DNA of 64,000 bases from an uncultured Porphyromonadaceae bacterium (GCA_964355105.1 CAYHCO010000006.1:102378-166377), one strand, 5' to 3'. Counted from the stretch's first letter, positions 7,614 to 18,262 are shown. The notes: generated by a model from the sequence alone, not told the origin. A program made the numbers and translations.

Positions 7614-10355
7614 ATGAATCTGCAATTTCAGATACACTATATAACACATCCGGGTCAGCATCTCCTGATATCCGGTTCTTTGCCCCAACTCGGTAAGGGT
7701 AAGCCCGGCAAGGCACCCCTGATGCACCTGACAGATCCCAAGACGGGCTTGTGGACCTTCCGGCTCAAGCTGGATAACCCAGGGGATTTCACCTACCGGT
7801 ATTTTGTCAGGGACGATAATTTCAACACCCAGATCGAAGAATGGGGCCCCGACAGGACTTTTAAAACTGAAGGCAGGGCAGAAAAAGTCATCTTACTCTC
7901 CGATCGTTGGAGGTCGCAGTCGGATCCTGATTTTGCACTTTATTCATCAGCCTTCACTCAGGCCATCCTAAAACCAGGCGGGCAGGTCAAGGTGCCGAAA
8001 GGGAAAGCTCCGGACAAGGCAGATTCTGTGGTTATCCGTTTTAAGCCGGATGTTATACGGGTAAAGCCCGGGCACCGGGTAGCGGTTGCCGGAAACGTAA
8101 AGGGATTGGGCAGCTGGTCGGAAAGCAAGGCAGTGGCCCTCGGAAACCAGAATCATCCGGAGTGGTGTGGGGAAATCAGGGTACCAGTAAACGAATTTCC
8201 GGTGCTTTATAAATACCTGATGCAGGATGAGCGGGGGAAATTCCTTTTCTGGGAAAAATCCTTCGATCGAAGTATCGCACTTCCGGAAGGTGAAAGACCC
8301 GATGTAATTGAAATCAGCGGTGACCGTTTTGATTTCCCCCAGTATCCCTGGAAAGGTGCAGGCATTGCCATACCGGTATTTTCACTTCGCAGGAATGACG
8401 GGTATGGGGTTGGCGAATTTACCGATCTCTGCCTGCTGGTCGACTGGGCAGTGCATATTGGGTTGAAAATTATCCAGATCCTTCCCATAAATGATACAGT
8501 AGCAACGCATACCTGGCAGGACTCCTATCCTTATGCGGCCATCTCGGTATATGCATTGCATCCGATGTACATTAACCTTTGCCGGATCGGCAAATTGAGT
8601 TCAGCCACCACCCAACAGATTATCGAGGCTCAGGGGAAATATCTTAACTCGCTGGAAAAAATAGACTATGAAGCGGTTATGAACCTGAAATCAAGGTTCT
8701 TCAAGCTTTTCTATGATCAGGACAAGCTCCGTTTCCTGAATGATCCCGAATTTCTTGAGTTTTTCATTCAAAATGATTACTGGCTGAAACCTTATGCCGT
8801 CTTTTCCTATTTGCGTGATCTGTTCAATACTCCGGATTTCAGCCGCTGGGGTGAATACAGTAATCCGACTCCCGAATTGATGGCAACCCTCACAGACGAG
8901 CAATCCGCTCATTACGATGAGATTGCGGTACATTATTTTATTCAGTTTCATGCATACCGGCAATTGCTCGAGGCAGCAAATTATGCCAGGGCTCACGGGG
9001 TAGTTCTGAAAGGTGACATCCCGATCGGGATTTACCGTAATAGTGTGGATGCCTGGCTCAATCCGGGATTGTACCACATGGACCGTCAGGCTGGCGCTCC
9101 ACCCGATGATTTCTCGAACAAAGGGCAGAACTGGCGTTTCCCTACTTACAACTGGGACGCTATGGCACTGGACAATTATTTCTGGTGGCAGCAGCGCCTC
9201 CGCCAGTTATCGGGCTATTTCGATGCATTCAGAATCGACCATATCCTGGGATTCTTCCGTATCTGGGAAATCCCTGCCTCACAGGTTGAGGGGCTCATGG
9301 GATACTTTAACCCCAGCCTTCCGTACTCCCGCGAAGAGCTTCAGGAACGTGGCCTCTGGTTCGATGAGGACCGGCTGTGCAAACCCTATATCAGGGACCA
9401 TTTTCTTTTTGAGCGATTTGGAGACCTGACAGAATTTGTCAAAACGAATTACCTCGAAGAATACTCACCCGGCTGTTACCGTATCCGGCCTGAATATGAT
9501 ACCCAAAGGAAGGTTGAAGAAAAGCTCTCACCTCAGCCCGATGCCAGCCCTGAGGCCAGAAACCGGATCGAAAGGATTATTAACGGTTTGTATTCCCTGA
9601 TCGCCGAGGTGGTATTTTTGGTTGCCCCGGAATCTGGCGGCAACGCATTTTTCCCAAGGAATGCCCTGCATTTTACTCGCTCTTATCTGGATCTCGACAG
9701 CCATGCACGCGGGATTATTGACCAGATCTACCTGGATTATTTTTATCGCAGGAATGAGGAATTCTGGCGCGATAAGGCCATGACTAAGCTTCCTGTGATA
9801 AAGAAAGCGACAAACATGCTTCTTTGCGGCGAGGATCTGGGAATGGTTCCGGCATGTGTTCCCAGCGTGATGAATGAGCTGGGGATCCTGAGTCTCGAGG
9901 TGCAGCGGATGCCGAAGAATCCAAAGATCACGTTCGGACATCCGGCTGATTATCCCTACCTTTCGGTTGCCACACCTTCATCGCACGACACATCGACCAT
10001 CCGTGGGTGGTGGGAGGAAGATCCGGGCCGTTCACAGCGATTTTACAATCAGAACCTGGGCAACTGGGGCTCCTCTCCCTTCGAATGCACAACCGATATT
10101 GTGCGTCAAATCATTACCCAGCATCTTTATTCACCCAGCATGTGGGCAATATTCCCGATACAGGACCTGCTTGGAATGGATGAGCAGCTGAGGCATCCTA
10201 ATCCGCACGCCGAACGCATTAACAATCCGGGAAATCCGAATCATTACTGGCGTTATCGGCTGCACCTGAATCTGGAAGATCTGCCGTTGCAGGAGGAATT
10301 CAATTCTTATCTGAAAGAGCTGATCAGGGATTCCGGTCGCCTGGATATTTACTGA
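7614..10355 (+). CDS. malQ: 4-alpha-glucanotransferase (amylomaltase, GH77) with N-terminal CBM20-like modules
   Basis: 913 aa. GH77 blocks: GVGEFTDL, LKGDIPIG, FRIDHILGFFRIWEIP, LLCGEDLGMVP, TPSSHDTSTIRGWW. Two N-terminal starch-binding-like modules (LLISGSLPQLG...W, VAVAGNVKGLGSW). Confidence 0.9.
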   Translation: MNLQFQIHYITHPGQHLLISGSLPQLGKGKPGKAPLMHLTDPKTGLWTFRLKLDNPGDFTYRYFVRDDNFNTQIEEWGPDRTFKTEGRAEKVILLSDRWRSQSDPDFALYSSAFTQAILKPGGQVKVPKGKAPDKADSVVIRFKPDVIRVKPGHRVAVAGNVKGLGSWSESKAVALGNQNHPEWCGEIRVPVNEFPVLYKYLMQDERGKFLFWEKSFDRSIALPEGERPDVIEISGDRFDFPQYPWKGAGIAIPVFSLRRNDGYGVGEFTDLCLLVDWAVHIGLKIIQILPINDTVATHTWQDSYPYAAISVYALHPMYINLCRIGKLSSATTQQIIEAQGKYLNSLEKIDYEAVMNLKSRFFKLFYDQDKLRFLNDPEFLEFFIQNDYWLKPYAVFSYLRDLFNTPDFSRWGEYSNPTPELMATLTDEQSAHYDEIAVHYFIQFHAYRQLLEAANYARAHGVVLKGDIPIGIYRNSVDAWLNPGLYHMDRQAGAPPDDFSNKGQNWRFPTYNWDAMALDNYFWWQQRLRQLSGYFDAFRIDHILGFFRIWEIPASQVEGLMGYFNPSLPYSREELQERGLWFDEDRLCKPYIRDHFLFERFGDLTEFVKTNYLEEYSPGCYRIRPEYDTQRKVEEKLSPQPDASPEARNRIERIINGLYSLIAEVVFLVAPESGGNAFFPRNALHFTRSYLDLDSHARGIIDQIYLDYFYRRNEEFWRDKAMTKLPVIKKATNMLLCGEDLGMVPACVPSVMNELGILSLEVQRMPKNPKITFGHPADYPYLSVATPSSHDTSTIRGWWEEDPGRSQRFYNQNLGNWGSSPFECTTDIVRQIITQHLYSPSMWAIFPIQDLLGMDEQLRHPNPHAERINNPGNPNHYWRYRLHLNLEDLPLQEEFNSYLKELIRDSGRLDIY

Positions 10356-11175
10356 AAGGGATGAACCGGGGAACACGCCTTTGATAATCGGCGTACCCGG
10401 GATATTTTCCCATCGATATGCTTTCGCTGAAATCACTGCTTCCCTTGAACAGCAGCACCAGAAGCACAGCACCCGCTGCTGACATGTTGAGCCATTCACC
10501 TGTGGCAGCAACGCTGAAAAAGTAAAATACGATCCATATTGCCTGCTCAGATGCATAATTCGGATGGCGGACAATAGCCCATAATCCCTTATTCGTAAAC
10601 CCCTTTTTCGTCCCTTTAGAGCTGTGAAAATTCCATTGCTGCTGATCGGCCACCGTTTCAATAACGATCAAAAGGAGCATGAGTCCGGCCAGCAGGGCAT
10701 CACCCCAGAACAGCGGTTTTCCACCCAGACTGAGGAGTGCCGGAAGTGTGATCAGCAGTACCAGAACCATCTGGTATATCGAAATAAACAGGAGATTGAA
10801 CAGAACCCATACCCAGTGTGCCTGAAAAACCGGTTTGCTCCGGAGAACAGCCCACCGGTAATCTTCCTCGCCACTCCAGATCTTTATGGAATAGCCTCCC
10901 CTCCTCCAAAAATTGAAAGAAAGGCGTATCCCCCAGATTGTGACCAGTGCAGCCATCAAAATCAGGCGGGGCTCGAATCCCGACTTGAAAGCGATGATCC
11001 AGGTATAAATGATTGGCATGATGCTCCAAAGCTTATCGACCTGGCTGTAATTCCGGGTAATGGAACTTACAATGAAACAGAGCATGGCCGTACCGAAGCA
11101 TACAACAATCAGAAGAATCAACAGGTCAGTCATAGAAAGGTTTTTAGGTGCGGCAACATAATAAATTTCCCCCAT
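10324..11175 (-). CDS. DUF1295 family membrane protein (steroid-5-alpha-reductase/ICMT-like)
   Basis: 283 aa, multiple TM helices, C-terminal motif GLWAIVRHPNYASEQAIW. The 3' end overlaps the malQ 3' end by 32 bp (convergent). Confidence 0.7.
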   Translation of the reverse strand: MGEIYYVAAPKNLSMTDLLILLIVVCFGTAMLCFIVSSITRNYSQVDKLWSIMPIIYTWIIAFKSGFEPRLILMAALVTIWGIRLSFNFWRRGGYSIKIWSGEEDYRWAVLRSKPVFQAHWVWVLFNLLFISIYQMVLVLLITLPALLSLGGKPLFWGDALLAGLMLLLIVIETVADQQQWNFHSSKGTKKGFTNKGLWAIVRHPNYASEQAIWIVFYFFSVAATGEWLNMSAAGAVLLVLLFKGSSDFSESISMGKYPGYADYQRRVPRFIPFSKYPGDRNP

Positions 11176-11227
11176 TTAAAATTCAGGCCCTTTTAAATGA
11201 AGCAACTTTAATAGATTTGCGTGTTCA

Positions 11228-11977
11228 ATGATGGAGCCCCCGTTACATATCGCACCGCCGATCAGGAGCCGTAATCTTTTCACGGATATCTGGTATTTCC
11301 TGTTGTTTAAACCGAAACAACAGACGCTTCAGAAATTTAAGAATGAAGCTGACCGAGAGAATTACAATAAAAGGATACTGCAGCGGTTGGGTATCAAGCC
11401 CGATGATTTTACCGTATTGAACATACACCGGATAGGGGTAAATGCGCCACCGAGCTACATGTTCAATGAACTGCTGAAATGGAGCGGCGACTCTACCTGC
11501 TGGCCAAACCATCTTGCCCGCGTCGACCGGATCAACGACAAGTTGGAGAACATCAGGATATTGCTGTTTGGCAAATCGAAATTAATCTTTGGATGGACAA
11601 AAATTCTGGGCGTCAAGCTTGTTCCCCTGTTCCTGATGAATTCCATAAAATTCAAGAAGGTTCCTGATTCCTATGATTTTGACAATGCCAGGTACCTGCT
11701 TTATGAGTGCAGCGGAGGTTATCCGATAGGATTTTTCTCGATGTATGTGAGGTCATCGATTGCCGAATTGGGTGAAACCGAGCCAACACAATTATTCCTT
11801 ATCGTAGGATTCAACTATTTCGGGAAAAAGAGCAAGGCAGTCAGCGGCCTTTTCAATATTCCCTGGCAGCAGATTCATAACCGGGTAACCTCAAATATTG
11901 TTTACCGGCTCAAACTGCTGTGCGAATGGAGGCTTAACAAAATCCACAACCAAACTGATCTTCTCGAGCATTTTTAA
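11228..11977 (+). CDS. hypothetical protein
   Basis: 249-aa ORF filling an otherwise empty interval. No motif recognised. Coding status rests on length and context only. Confidence 0.4.
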   Translation: MMEPPLHIAPPIRSRNLFTDIWYFLLFKPKQQTLQKFKNEADRENYNKRILQRLGIKPDDFTVLNIHRIGVNAPPSYMFNELLKWSGDSTCWPNHLARVDRINDKLENIRILLFGKSKLIFGWTKILGVKLVPLFLMNSIKFKKVPDSYDFDNARYLLYECSGGYPIGFFSMYVRSSIAELGETEPTQLFLIVGFNYFGKKSKAVSGLFNIPWQQIHNRVTSNIVYRLKLLCEWRLNKIHNQTDLLEHF

Positions 11978-11981
11978 TGTC

Positions 11982-12710
11982 TCAGTCTTTCACGCACCGC
12001 ACCGACATGCCGTTTTTCTTGCTACCTACCCCGTAGGATACGCTGTTGGAGAGGTAAAAATACACAGCATCAAGGTTATAGTAGTCGCCGGCCGGGGTAG
12101 ATGTCCAAAAGAATCCCATCTGGCCGAAATCGGTATACAGACCGCCGAAATCGCGCATACCACCCGGCAGGGCCGTAAATCCGCTGTCGTTGTTGGCGCC
12201 CTCATTGAGATACGCCCAGTGCGTGGTGCCAGTCTCACGGAGCTTATCGGAGGTTACCAACTCATAACCTCCCAGAAAGTTTACCATCGTTTCCCACTCG
12301 GCATCGGTTGGAACATGCCATCCCGTTGGGCACAGTTTGCGGGTATCGTGAAGTGCATAGAAGTTGTACAATTTTCCGTAAGTGGCAGCTTTTGCAGCAT
12401 TGCCGCCGTAATCGCAATAGGCCCCCGCTTCCATCTTGCTCCAGGGAAGGTTGTCGGCAATCTTCGAAATCGTGTCGCCATTGGTGTAATGAAGGACCCT
12501 GAGATTCTCGGCCATCCACGTTTGCGTGCCAACCGGAATAGTTTTATACACGTTGCCATTGACATCGGTGACAGTACCATAAGTGAGCTTCGAGTTGAAA
12601 ATCAGGCCATCGGTCGTGGCAGGGTCATCCTTCTTACAACCTGACAGAAGGATGGATACCAGGGTAACTGAAAGGAAAACGAAAAATGCGGATTTGATTT
12701 TGTTTGACAT
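11982..12710 (-). CDS. FISUMP-domain lipoprotein
   Basis: SpII signal MSNKIKSAFFVFLSVTLVSILLSGCKKDD. Then VTDVNGNVYKTIPVGTQTWMAENL, CPTGWHVPTDAEWETMV, GFFWTST, VRCVKD. Paralogous to the C-terminus of 4434..6002. Start at ATG 12710. Confidence 0.8.
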   Translation of the reverse strand: MSNKIKSAFFVFLSVTLVSILLSGCKKDDPATTDGLIFNSKLTYGTVTDVNGNVYKTIPVGTQTWMAENLRVLHYTNGDTISKIADNLPWSKMEAGAYCDYGGNAAKAATYGKLYNFYALHDTRKLCPTGWHVPTDAEWETMVNFLGGYELVTSDKLRETGTTHWAYLNEGANNDSGFTALPGGMRDFGGLYTDFGQMGFFWTSTPAGDYYNLDAVYFYLSNSVSYGVGSKKNGMSVRCVKD

Positions 12711-12729
12711 GGTGATTGGGTTTTCTTGT

Positions 12730-13743
12730 TTATCTGCGATCGCCGGACTGGCGTTCAATCATCCAGCCGGGATATTCGGGTGTCAGTTTACTGGCTTCGT
12801 TCAGGAGTGCCATTTCCTCAGCTGTCAAAAGTAGTGTGGTTGAATTGATGTTGTCGGTCAGCTGCTCAGGCTTGTTGGCACCTACAATTATGGTGGTTAC
12901 GTGCGGCTGATGCAGCAGCCAGGCCAAGGCGATCTGTGCAACCGTTACTTGATGTCCATCAGCGATATGTTGCATCACATCAATTATATCGAATGCCTTC
13001 TCCTTGTTGACTGGCGGAAAATCGAATCCTGAACGGCGACCGGCCTGTCCATCCATTGCCCGGTTGTATTTACCACTCAACAATCCGCCTGCAAGCGGAC
13101 TCCAGACCATCAGACCCAGTTTCTGGTCGTTGAGCATGGGTACGAGCTCCCTTTCCAGGTCGCGGCCGGCAAGGGTATAATAAGCCTGAAGGGATACGAA
13201 TTTATTCAGATGATTGTGTTCCGATATGCCCAGTGCTTTCATTATGTGCCACGCAGCCAGGTTGCTGCAACCGATATAGCGCACTTTGCCATTCCGAACG
13301 AGCGTATCTAGCGCCTCCAGGGTTTCCTGCATCGGAGTTTGGGGATCATACCCGTGTATCTGGTACAGGTCGATATAGTCCGTGTTCAGCCTTTTCAGGC
13401 TCTCATCGGCCTGCTGAAGGATATGCTTTCGGCTGAGTCCGGAATTGTTCGGTCCGGGGCCCATCTGTCCGCGCACTTTGGTAGCGATCACCAGGTCGTC
13501 GCGCTTTATGCCGAGATCCCGGATCGACTGGCCGGTAAGCTGTTCGCTGAGGCCTTCGCTGTATACGTTTGCCGTATCGATGAAATTAATCCCGCTGTCG
13601 ACTGCGATCTTCATCAGTTCATTCACCTTTTCCTGCGGCAGGGTTCCAATGGCTGTCCAGTAACCGCGACCGCCGAAAGTCATGGTACCCAAACAGAGCT
13701 CGGAAACTTTCAATCCGGTATTTCCCAATAATTTATATTTCAT
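12730..13743 (-). CDS. aldo/keto reductase
   Basis: MKYKLLGNTGLKVSELCLGTMTFGG, FIDTANVYS, DLYQIHGYD, VRYIGCSN. 337 aa. Confidence 0.9.
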   Translation of the reverse strand: MKYKLLGNTGLKVSELCLGTMTFGGRGYWTAIGTLPQEKVNELMKIAVDSGINFIDTANVYSEGLSEQLTGQSIRDLGIKRDDLVIATKVRGQMGPGPNNSGLSRKHILQQADESLKRLNTDYIDLYQIHGYDPQTPMQETLEALDTLVRNGKVRYIGCSNLAAWHIMKALGISEHNHLNKFVSLQAYYTLAGRDLERELVPMLNDQKLGLMVWSPLAGGLLSGKYNRAMDGQAGRRSGFDFPPVNKEKAFDIIDVMQHIADGHQVTVAQIALAWLLHQPHVTTIIVGANKPEQLTDNINSTTLLLTAEEMALLNEASKLTPEYPGWMIERQSGDRR

Positions 13744-13960
13744 GGTGTCTAATAAGGCTTTATCATTATTAACGATTCCTATTATCTAAAATTACTCCAT
13801 TTCCTGATACGGCGGAAAATTTTCCAGGCATCTGGTAAGGCAAAGCTTGAAAAACGTTGGAAAAATAAACCCATCTGTTCATAATCGGAGGTTTTTTTCG
13901 CTTTGTCTTGCAACAATATTGCGGTATTTTCGTAATGCTTTTTATCCTAAAACTTATACA

Positions 13961-16189
13961 ATGACAACAAGAAGAATATTGGCATCACTTACAATGATCC
14001 TGATTGTAATTTTTGCCGCGTGCAGGAAAGATGATTTTGTCGGGAAGGTCGGGATATGCCCGGTTGTTGTTTCCACCATTCCGGCAAATGGCGCTACCGG
14101 AGTTCCTGTAAACCAAGTCATTTCGGTCACCTTTAACGAGGAGATGAACCCTGCCACCATTAACGAGAATTCATTCTCCCTGAAAGCCACATCGAAAGTT
14201 AACGGGACGATCAGCTACGATGGTGACGGTCCGACCTTCTACTTTTTCCCGGCCACTCCGCTGTTGTATAAGACAACCTATACAGGCAAAGTTGCCACAA
14301 CGGTGAAAGACAAGACGGGGAATGCCCTGCAGAAGGAATATGTATGGAGTTTCACCACGGTTGAGCAATTTACCGTAAACGTGGCAGCGAATCCGACAGC
14401 CGGCGGGACGGTATCGGGTGGAGGAACCTATGATTCTGGATCCACGGTAACGGTTGTTGCCACGACTAATTCTGGATATACCTTTGCGAACTGGACCGAA
14501 GGGACCACCGTAGTATCCAGCGAACCGAACTATACTTTCACCCTCACAGGCAACCGCGACCTGGTTGCCAACTTTACAGAAAATATCAAGGTATATAATA
14601 TAACCCTTTCATCGAATCCGGCCAATGGAGGAACCACCTCAGGCGGTGGATCGTTCAACGCAGGCACTTCTATAACAGTAAAAGCTACACCGAATTCCGG
14701 GTTTATATTCGCTAACTGGACGGAAAACGGAGTTGTCGTTTCCTCTGACGCCAATTACGGATTTACGGTTAACGGCAACCGGAACCTGGTAGCCAACTTT
14801 ACCGAAGCTGCGAAAGTTTACAGTGTAGCCGTTTCAGCCAATCCGTCAGCCGGTGGTACGGTGACCGGAGGCGGAACCTTTACGGCAGGCTCATCGGTAA
14901 CGGTTGGAGCAACTGCAAACCCAGGATATGTATTTGACAACTGGACCGAGGGGAGCACGGTGATATCCACCAACGCCAATTATACCTTTACCATCAGCGA
15001 GAACCGCACCCTGGTTGCCAACTTCACCCTCAAGTCTTTCAATATAGCGGTTTCGGCCAATCCGGTGAATGCAGGGACAGCTACCGGTGGCGGAACATTC
15101 AGTTACGGCTCATCAGTTACCGTTTCAGCAACCCCCAACAAGAGCTTTGTTTTCAGCAACTGGACCGAGGGGACCATCGTGGTATCCACTGATGCGAATT
15201 ATACTTTCACCATCAGCGGCAATCGCAATCTGGTCGCCAACTTTGTTCCAAAAACCTACAGCATAGCCGTTTCGGCCAATCCTGCAGCCGGTGGAACCGT
15301 TACCGGAGGAGGAACATACAATGAAGAGGCATCAGCCACGGTAACCGCAACTGCTAATGCACATTACAGGTTTGCAAACTGGACAGAAGGAACTACCGTG
15401 GTATCCACGAATGCCAGTTACTCCTTTACCGTAAGCGCAAACCGGACACTGGTTGCGAATTTCACGAGGATTCCTGTCTGGGAAATCAATCTTACTTCCA
15501 CCCCTCCAAACTGGGGAACCACAACCGGCGGAGGATCGTTTGAGGAAGGCACCACCATAACCGTAAGTGCCAATGCCAATCAGGGATACTATTTTGCGGC
15601 CTGGACTGAAGGATACGATGTGGTCACCAACGATGCCAGCTACACCTTTACGGTCACCGGCAACCGTAACCTGATCGCGAACTTCAGGGAGACACCTGTA
15701 GTTAATACCCTTACGCTGGAGGCTAATCCGGTGATCGGTGGAACTGTTTCCGGCGGAGGATCCTTCAGCAGGGGAACTACCGTCACGGCAAAAGCCATCG
15801 CCAATGCCGGTTACAATTTTGTGAACTGGACCAACGGCTCCACAGTTGTATCGACATCAGATGTTTACACTTTCTCGATAACCCAAAACACTACGCTGGT
15901 TGCGAATTTTGCCAGGATTACCGACACCTATTGCGTACTTCTCTCAGCCAGCCCGGTTGAAGGCGGGACCCTCTCAGGAGGAGGAAATTATATCAAGGGG
16001 ACCACTGCCACCCTCGTTGCAACAGCTTTGGGCGATTATCACTTCGCCTACTGGTCAGAAAACGGAGTATCCGTTTCAATCAATGCCACCTATCGGTTTA
16101 CGGTAAATGAGAACCGGACACTCGTTGCCAATTTTATTAAGGGGCCACTCGGACAGGGTACTAAAAACGCTACAAAACGGAATCAATAA
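13961..16189 (+). CDS. surface lipoprotein: Ig-like (SbsA/Big_5-type) domain plus 8 tandem InlB-B-repeat-like domains
   Basis: SpII signal MTTRRILASLTMILIVIFAAC. Ig-like segment VVSTIPANGATGVPVNQVISVTFNEEMNPATIN. Then eight 73-75-aa repeats with consensus NPxxGGTVxGGGxYxxGSxVTVxAxxNxGYxFxNWTEGxxVVSxxxxYxFTxxxNRxLVANF. Confidence 0.75.
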   Translation: MTTRRILASLTMILIVIFAACRKDDFVGKVGICPVVVSTIPANGATGVPVNQVISVTFNEEMNPATINENSFSLKATSKVNGTISYDGDGPTFYFFPATPLLYKTTYTGKVATTVKDKTGNALQKEYVWSFTTVEQFTVNVAANPTAGGTVSGGGTYDSGSTVTVVATTNSGYTFANWTEGTTVVSSEPNYTFTLTGNRDLVANFTENIKVYNITLSSNPANGGTTSGGGSFNAGTSITVKATPNSGFIFANWTENGVVVSSDANYGFTVNGNRNLVANFTEAAKVYSVAVSANPSAGGTVTGGGTFTAGSSVTVGATANPGYVFDNWTEGSTVISTNANYTFTISENRTLVANFTLKSFNIAVSANPVNAGTATGGGTFSYGSSVTVSATPNKSFVFSNWTEGTIVVSTDANYTFTISGNRNLVANFVPKTYSIAVSANPAAGGTVTGGGTYNEEASATVTATANAHYRFANWTEGTTVVSTNASYSFTVSANRTLVANFTRIPVWEINLTSTPPNWGTTTGGGSFEEGTTITVSANANQGYYFAAWTEGYDVVTNDASYTFTVTGNRNLIANFRETPVVNTLTLEANPVIGGTVSGGGSFSRGTTVTAKAIANAGYNFVNWTNGSTVVSTSDVYTFSITQNTTLVANFARITDTYCVLLSASPVEGGTLSGGGNYIKGTTATLVATALGDYHFAYWSENGVSVSINATYRFTVNENRTLVANFIKGPLGQGTKNATKRNQ
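14368..16140 (+). repeat. 8 tandem coding repeats of about 222 bp inside the lipoprotein gene
   Basis: Repeat units begin at FTVNVAANP, YNITLSSNP, YSVAVSANP, FNIAVSANP, YSIAVSANP, EINLTSTPP, TLTLEANP and YCVLLSASP. Boundaries are approximate. Confidence 0.8.
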
Positions 16190-16207
16190 TCCTTAAAAAC
16201 TACCAAG

Positions 16208-18250
16208 ATGACCTTTAAAATAAAATCAACCATGGGATCACACAAAATGGGCTCCCTTAATAACCTGACCATCAAAAGCCTTCTGATCTGTGCTTTGGTT
16301 CTGGCAGGTATGCAGGCATCGGTTCAGGGTCAGGATACCATCAGGTATTCAAAACCTTCCTGGTGGTTTGGCGCAGCTGCGGGTGCAAACCTGAATTTTT
16401 ACCGCGGTTCGACACAGGAGTTGAATTCCACCCTCCTGGTGCCGGAAGTTTTCCACAACGGTAAAGGTATTGGACTCTTCGCAGCCCCGCTGGTTGAATA
16501 CCATCGTCCGGGCACCATGCTGGGATTCATGTTTCAGGCGGGCTACGACAGCCGCAAAGGGACCTGGGACCAGATCAAGACACCTTGCAATTGTCCTGCC
16601 GACCTGAATACCAATTTGAAATACGTAACGGTGGAACCCAGCTTACGTTTCGCACCCTTCAAATCCAGCTTTTACCTTTTTGCCGGTCCGCGCGTTGCAT
16701 ACAACCTGGGCAAATCGTTTACCTACTCTCTCAAGACCAATCCCGATATTCCCGAGCAGGTGGCCGAACCGGATGTTAAAGGGGATTTCAGTGAAATCAA
16801 TAAATGGTTGTTCTCGATGCAGGTTGGAGCCGGAGTCGACATTGCTCTCACCTCTGAATTTAAGAAAACGCAGTGGGCCTTGTCCCCATTCGTTTCCTAC
16901 CATCCCTATTTCGGTCAGGACCCTCGTGCTATCGAAACCTGGAATATAACAACCATCAGAGTTGGCGTTGCCCTGAAGCTGGGGCGTGGCAAGGCAATTC
17001 CCAAGCCTCCGAAACCAGAACCGCCGGTAATACCTGTGGTGGTTGAGCCGGATATTAAATTCATTGCGATCGTACCACCGAATATCCCTGCATCACAAAA
17101 TGTTAAAGAGATTTTCCCGCTGCGCAACTACATATTCTTCACCAAAGGGTCTACTAAAATTCCGGATCGCTATGTATTGCTGAACAAAGACGAGGTTAAG
17201 AACTTTAAGGAAGATCAGCTACAGGAGCTTGAGCCGAAGAAGATTCCGGGTCGCTCTGAAAGGCAGATGATCGTATATCACAATGTCCTGAACATCCTGG
17301 GTAACCGTATTTCAAAGAATCCTTCCTCCACGGTTAAACTGGTCGGTTCTTCAGAATTAGGCCCCAAGGATGGTTTGAAAATGGCGGAATCTGTAAAAGC
17401 TTACCTGGTGGACGTTTTTGAAATCGATCCTGCAAGAATTAAAACTGAAGGTCTGAGAAAACCAAGGATTCCTTCGGAGAAGCCGGGCGGTACGAGAGAG
17501 CTGGTTGAATTGCGTCAAAATGACCAGCGGGTTTCTATTGAATCCGGATCCCTGGATATTCTCACGGAATTTCAGACCGGCAGTGACGGTCCGCTGCGCC
17601 CGGTAGATATTTTTGCTACTCATGAGACCCCGGTTGAGGGCGATGTGAATTTCAAACTGGATGGAGCCGTGGATTCCCTGTCTTCCTGGTCGCTTGAAAT
17701 CGCAGACAACAGGGGCCAGATTATGAACTTCGGTCCATTTACCGGCAGCCAGGCAAACATACCTGCTAAATCGATCCTGAGTACTCCTGGCGAGGCTGAT
17801 TTCAAGGCTACCCTGGTTGGCCAGACCAAAGGCGGAAATAAGATTAAGCGAGAAACCAATCTGCGCATTGATCGCCGGATTCTGCCTGTTCCTGATGAGC
17901 TTACCAGGTTCAGCATCATTTATGAATTCGACAATGCCGACGCCATTAATGTTTACGAGCAGTACCTGCTCGACATCATCGTGCCGAAAATTCCCAAGAA
18001 CGGAAGGGTGGTCATCAGCGGATACACAGACATTATCGGAGAGGAAGCTCATAACCTGCAATTATCCATCAACCGCGCCAACGATGTTAAAAACATACTG
18101 GAAAGCGGATTGAAGAAAGCAGGGAGAAACGATGTGACTTTTGAGGTGCACGGATATGGTGAAGATCCTGCCAAAGCGCCTTTTGACAATAATTTGCCTG
18201 AAGAACACTTCTATAACCGAACCGTCATTATCGATCTGTTCAAAAAATAA
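16208..18250 (+). CDS. OmpA-family outer-membrane protein
   Basis: Signal peptide, then an aromatic-rich region with alternating pattern suggesting a beta-barrel. C-terminal OmpA/MotB domain: VVISGYTDIIGEEAHNLQLSINRANDVKNIL. Starts 18 bp after the repeat lipoprotein. Confidence 0.8.
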   Translation: MTFKIKSTMGSHKMGSLNNLTIKSLLICALVLAGMQASVQGQDTIRYSKPSWWFGAAAGANLNFYRGSTQELNSTLLVPEVFHNGKGIGLFAAPLVEYHRPGTMLGFMFQAGYDSRKGTWDQIKTPCNCPADLNTNLKYVTVEPSLRFAPFKSSFYLFAGPRVAYNLGKSFTYSLKTNPDIPEQVAEPDVKGDFSEINKWLFSMQVGAGVDIALTSEFKKTQWALSPFVSYHPYFGQDPRAIETWNITTIRVGVALKLGRGKAIPKPPKPEPPVIPVVVEPDIKFIAIVPPNIPASQNVKEIFPLRNYIFFTKGSTKIPDRYVLLNKDEVKNFKEDQLQELEPKKIPGRSERQMIVYHNVLNILGNRISKNPSSTVKLVGSSELGPKDGLKMAESVKAYLVDVFEIDPARIKTEGLRKPRIPSEKPGGTRELVELRQNDQRVSIESGSLDILTEFQTGSDGPLRPVDIFATHETPVEGDVNFKLDGAVDSLSSWSLEIADNRGQIMNFGPFTGSQANIPAKSILSTPGEADFKATLVGQTKGGNKIKRETNLRIDRRILPVPDELTRFSIIYEFDNADAINVYEQYLLDIIVPKIPKNGRVVISGYTDIIGEEAHNLQLSINRANDVKNILESGLKKAGRNDVTFEVHGYGEDPAKAPFDNNLPEEHFYNRTVIIDLFKK

Positions 18251-18262
18251 TCTGGGGAGGAG

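Noticed and set aside
4434-12710. Possibility that the FISUMP (C-type-lectin-like) proteins are diversity-generating retroelement targets.
   Set aside because: The window has no reverse transcriptase ORF, and I saw no template-repeat copy of either C-terminal region. The idea remains checkable genome-wide.
13847-13960. N-terminal extensions of track ORFs: 13847, 25760, 3026, 3041 (minus), 58953, 60466, 36739, 12758, 6059.
   Set aside because: Internal ATGs give canonical signal, lipoprotein or TM starts, or avoid overlap with divergent neighbours. The upstream portions look like translated intergenic sequence.
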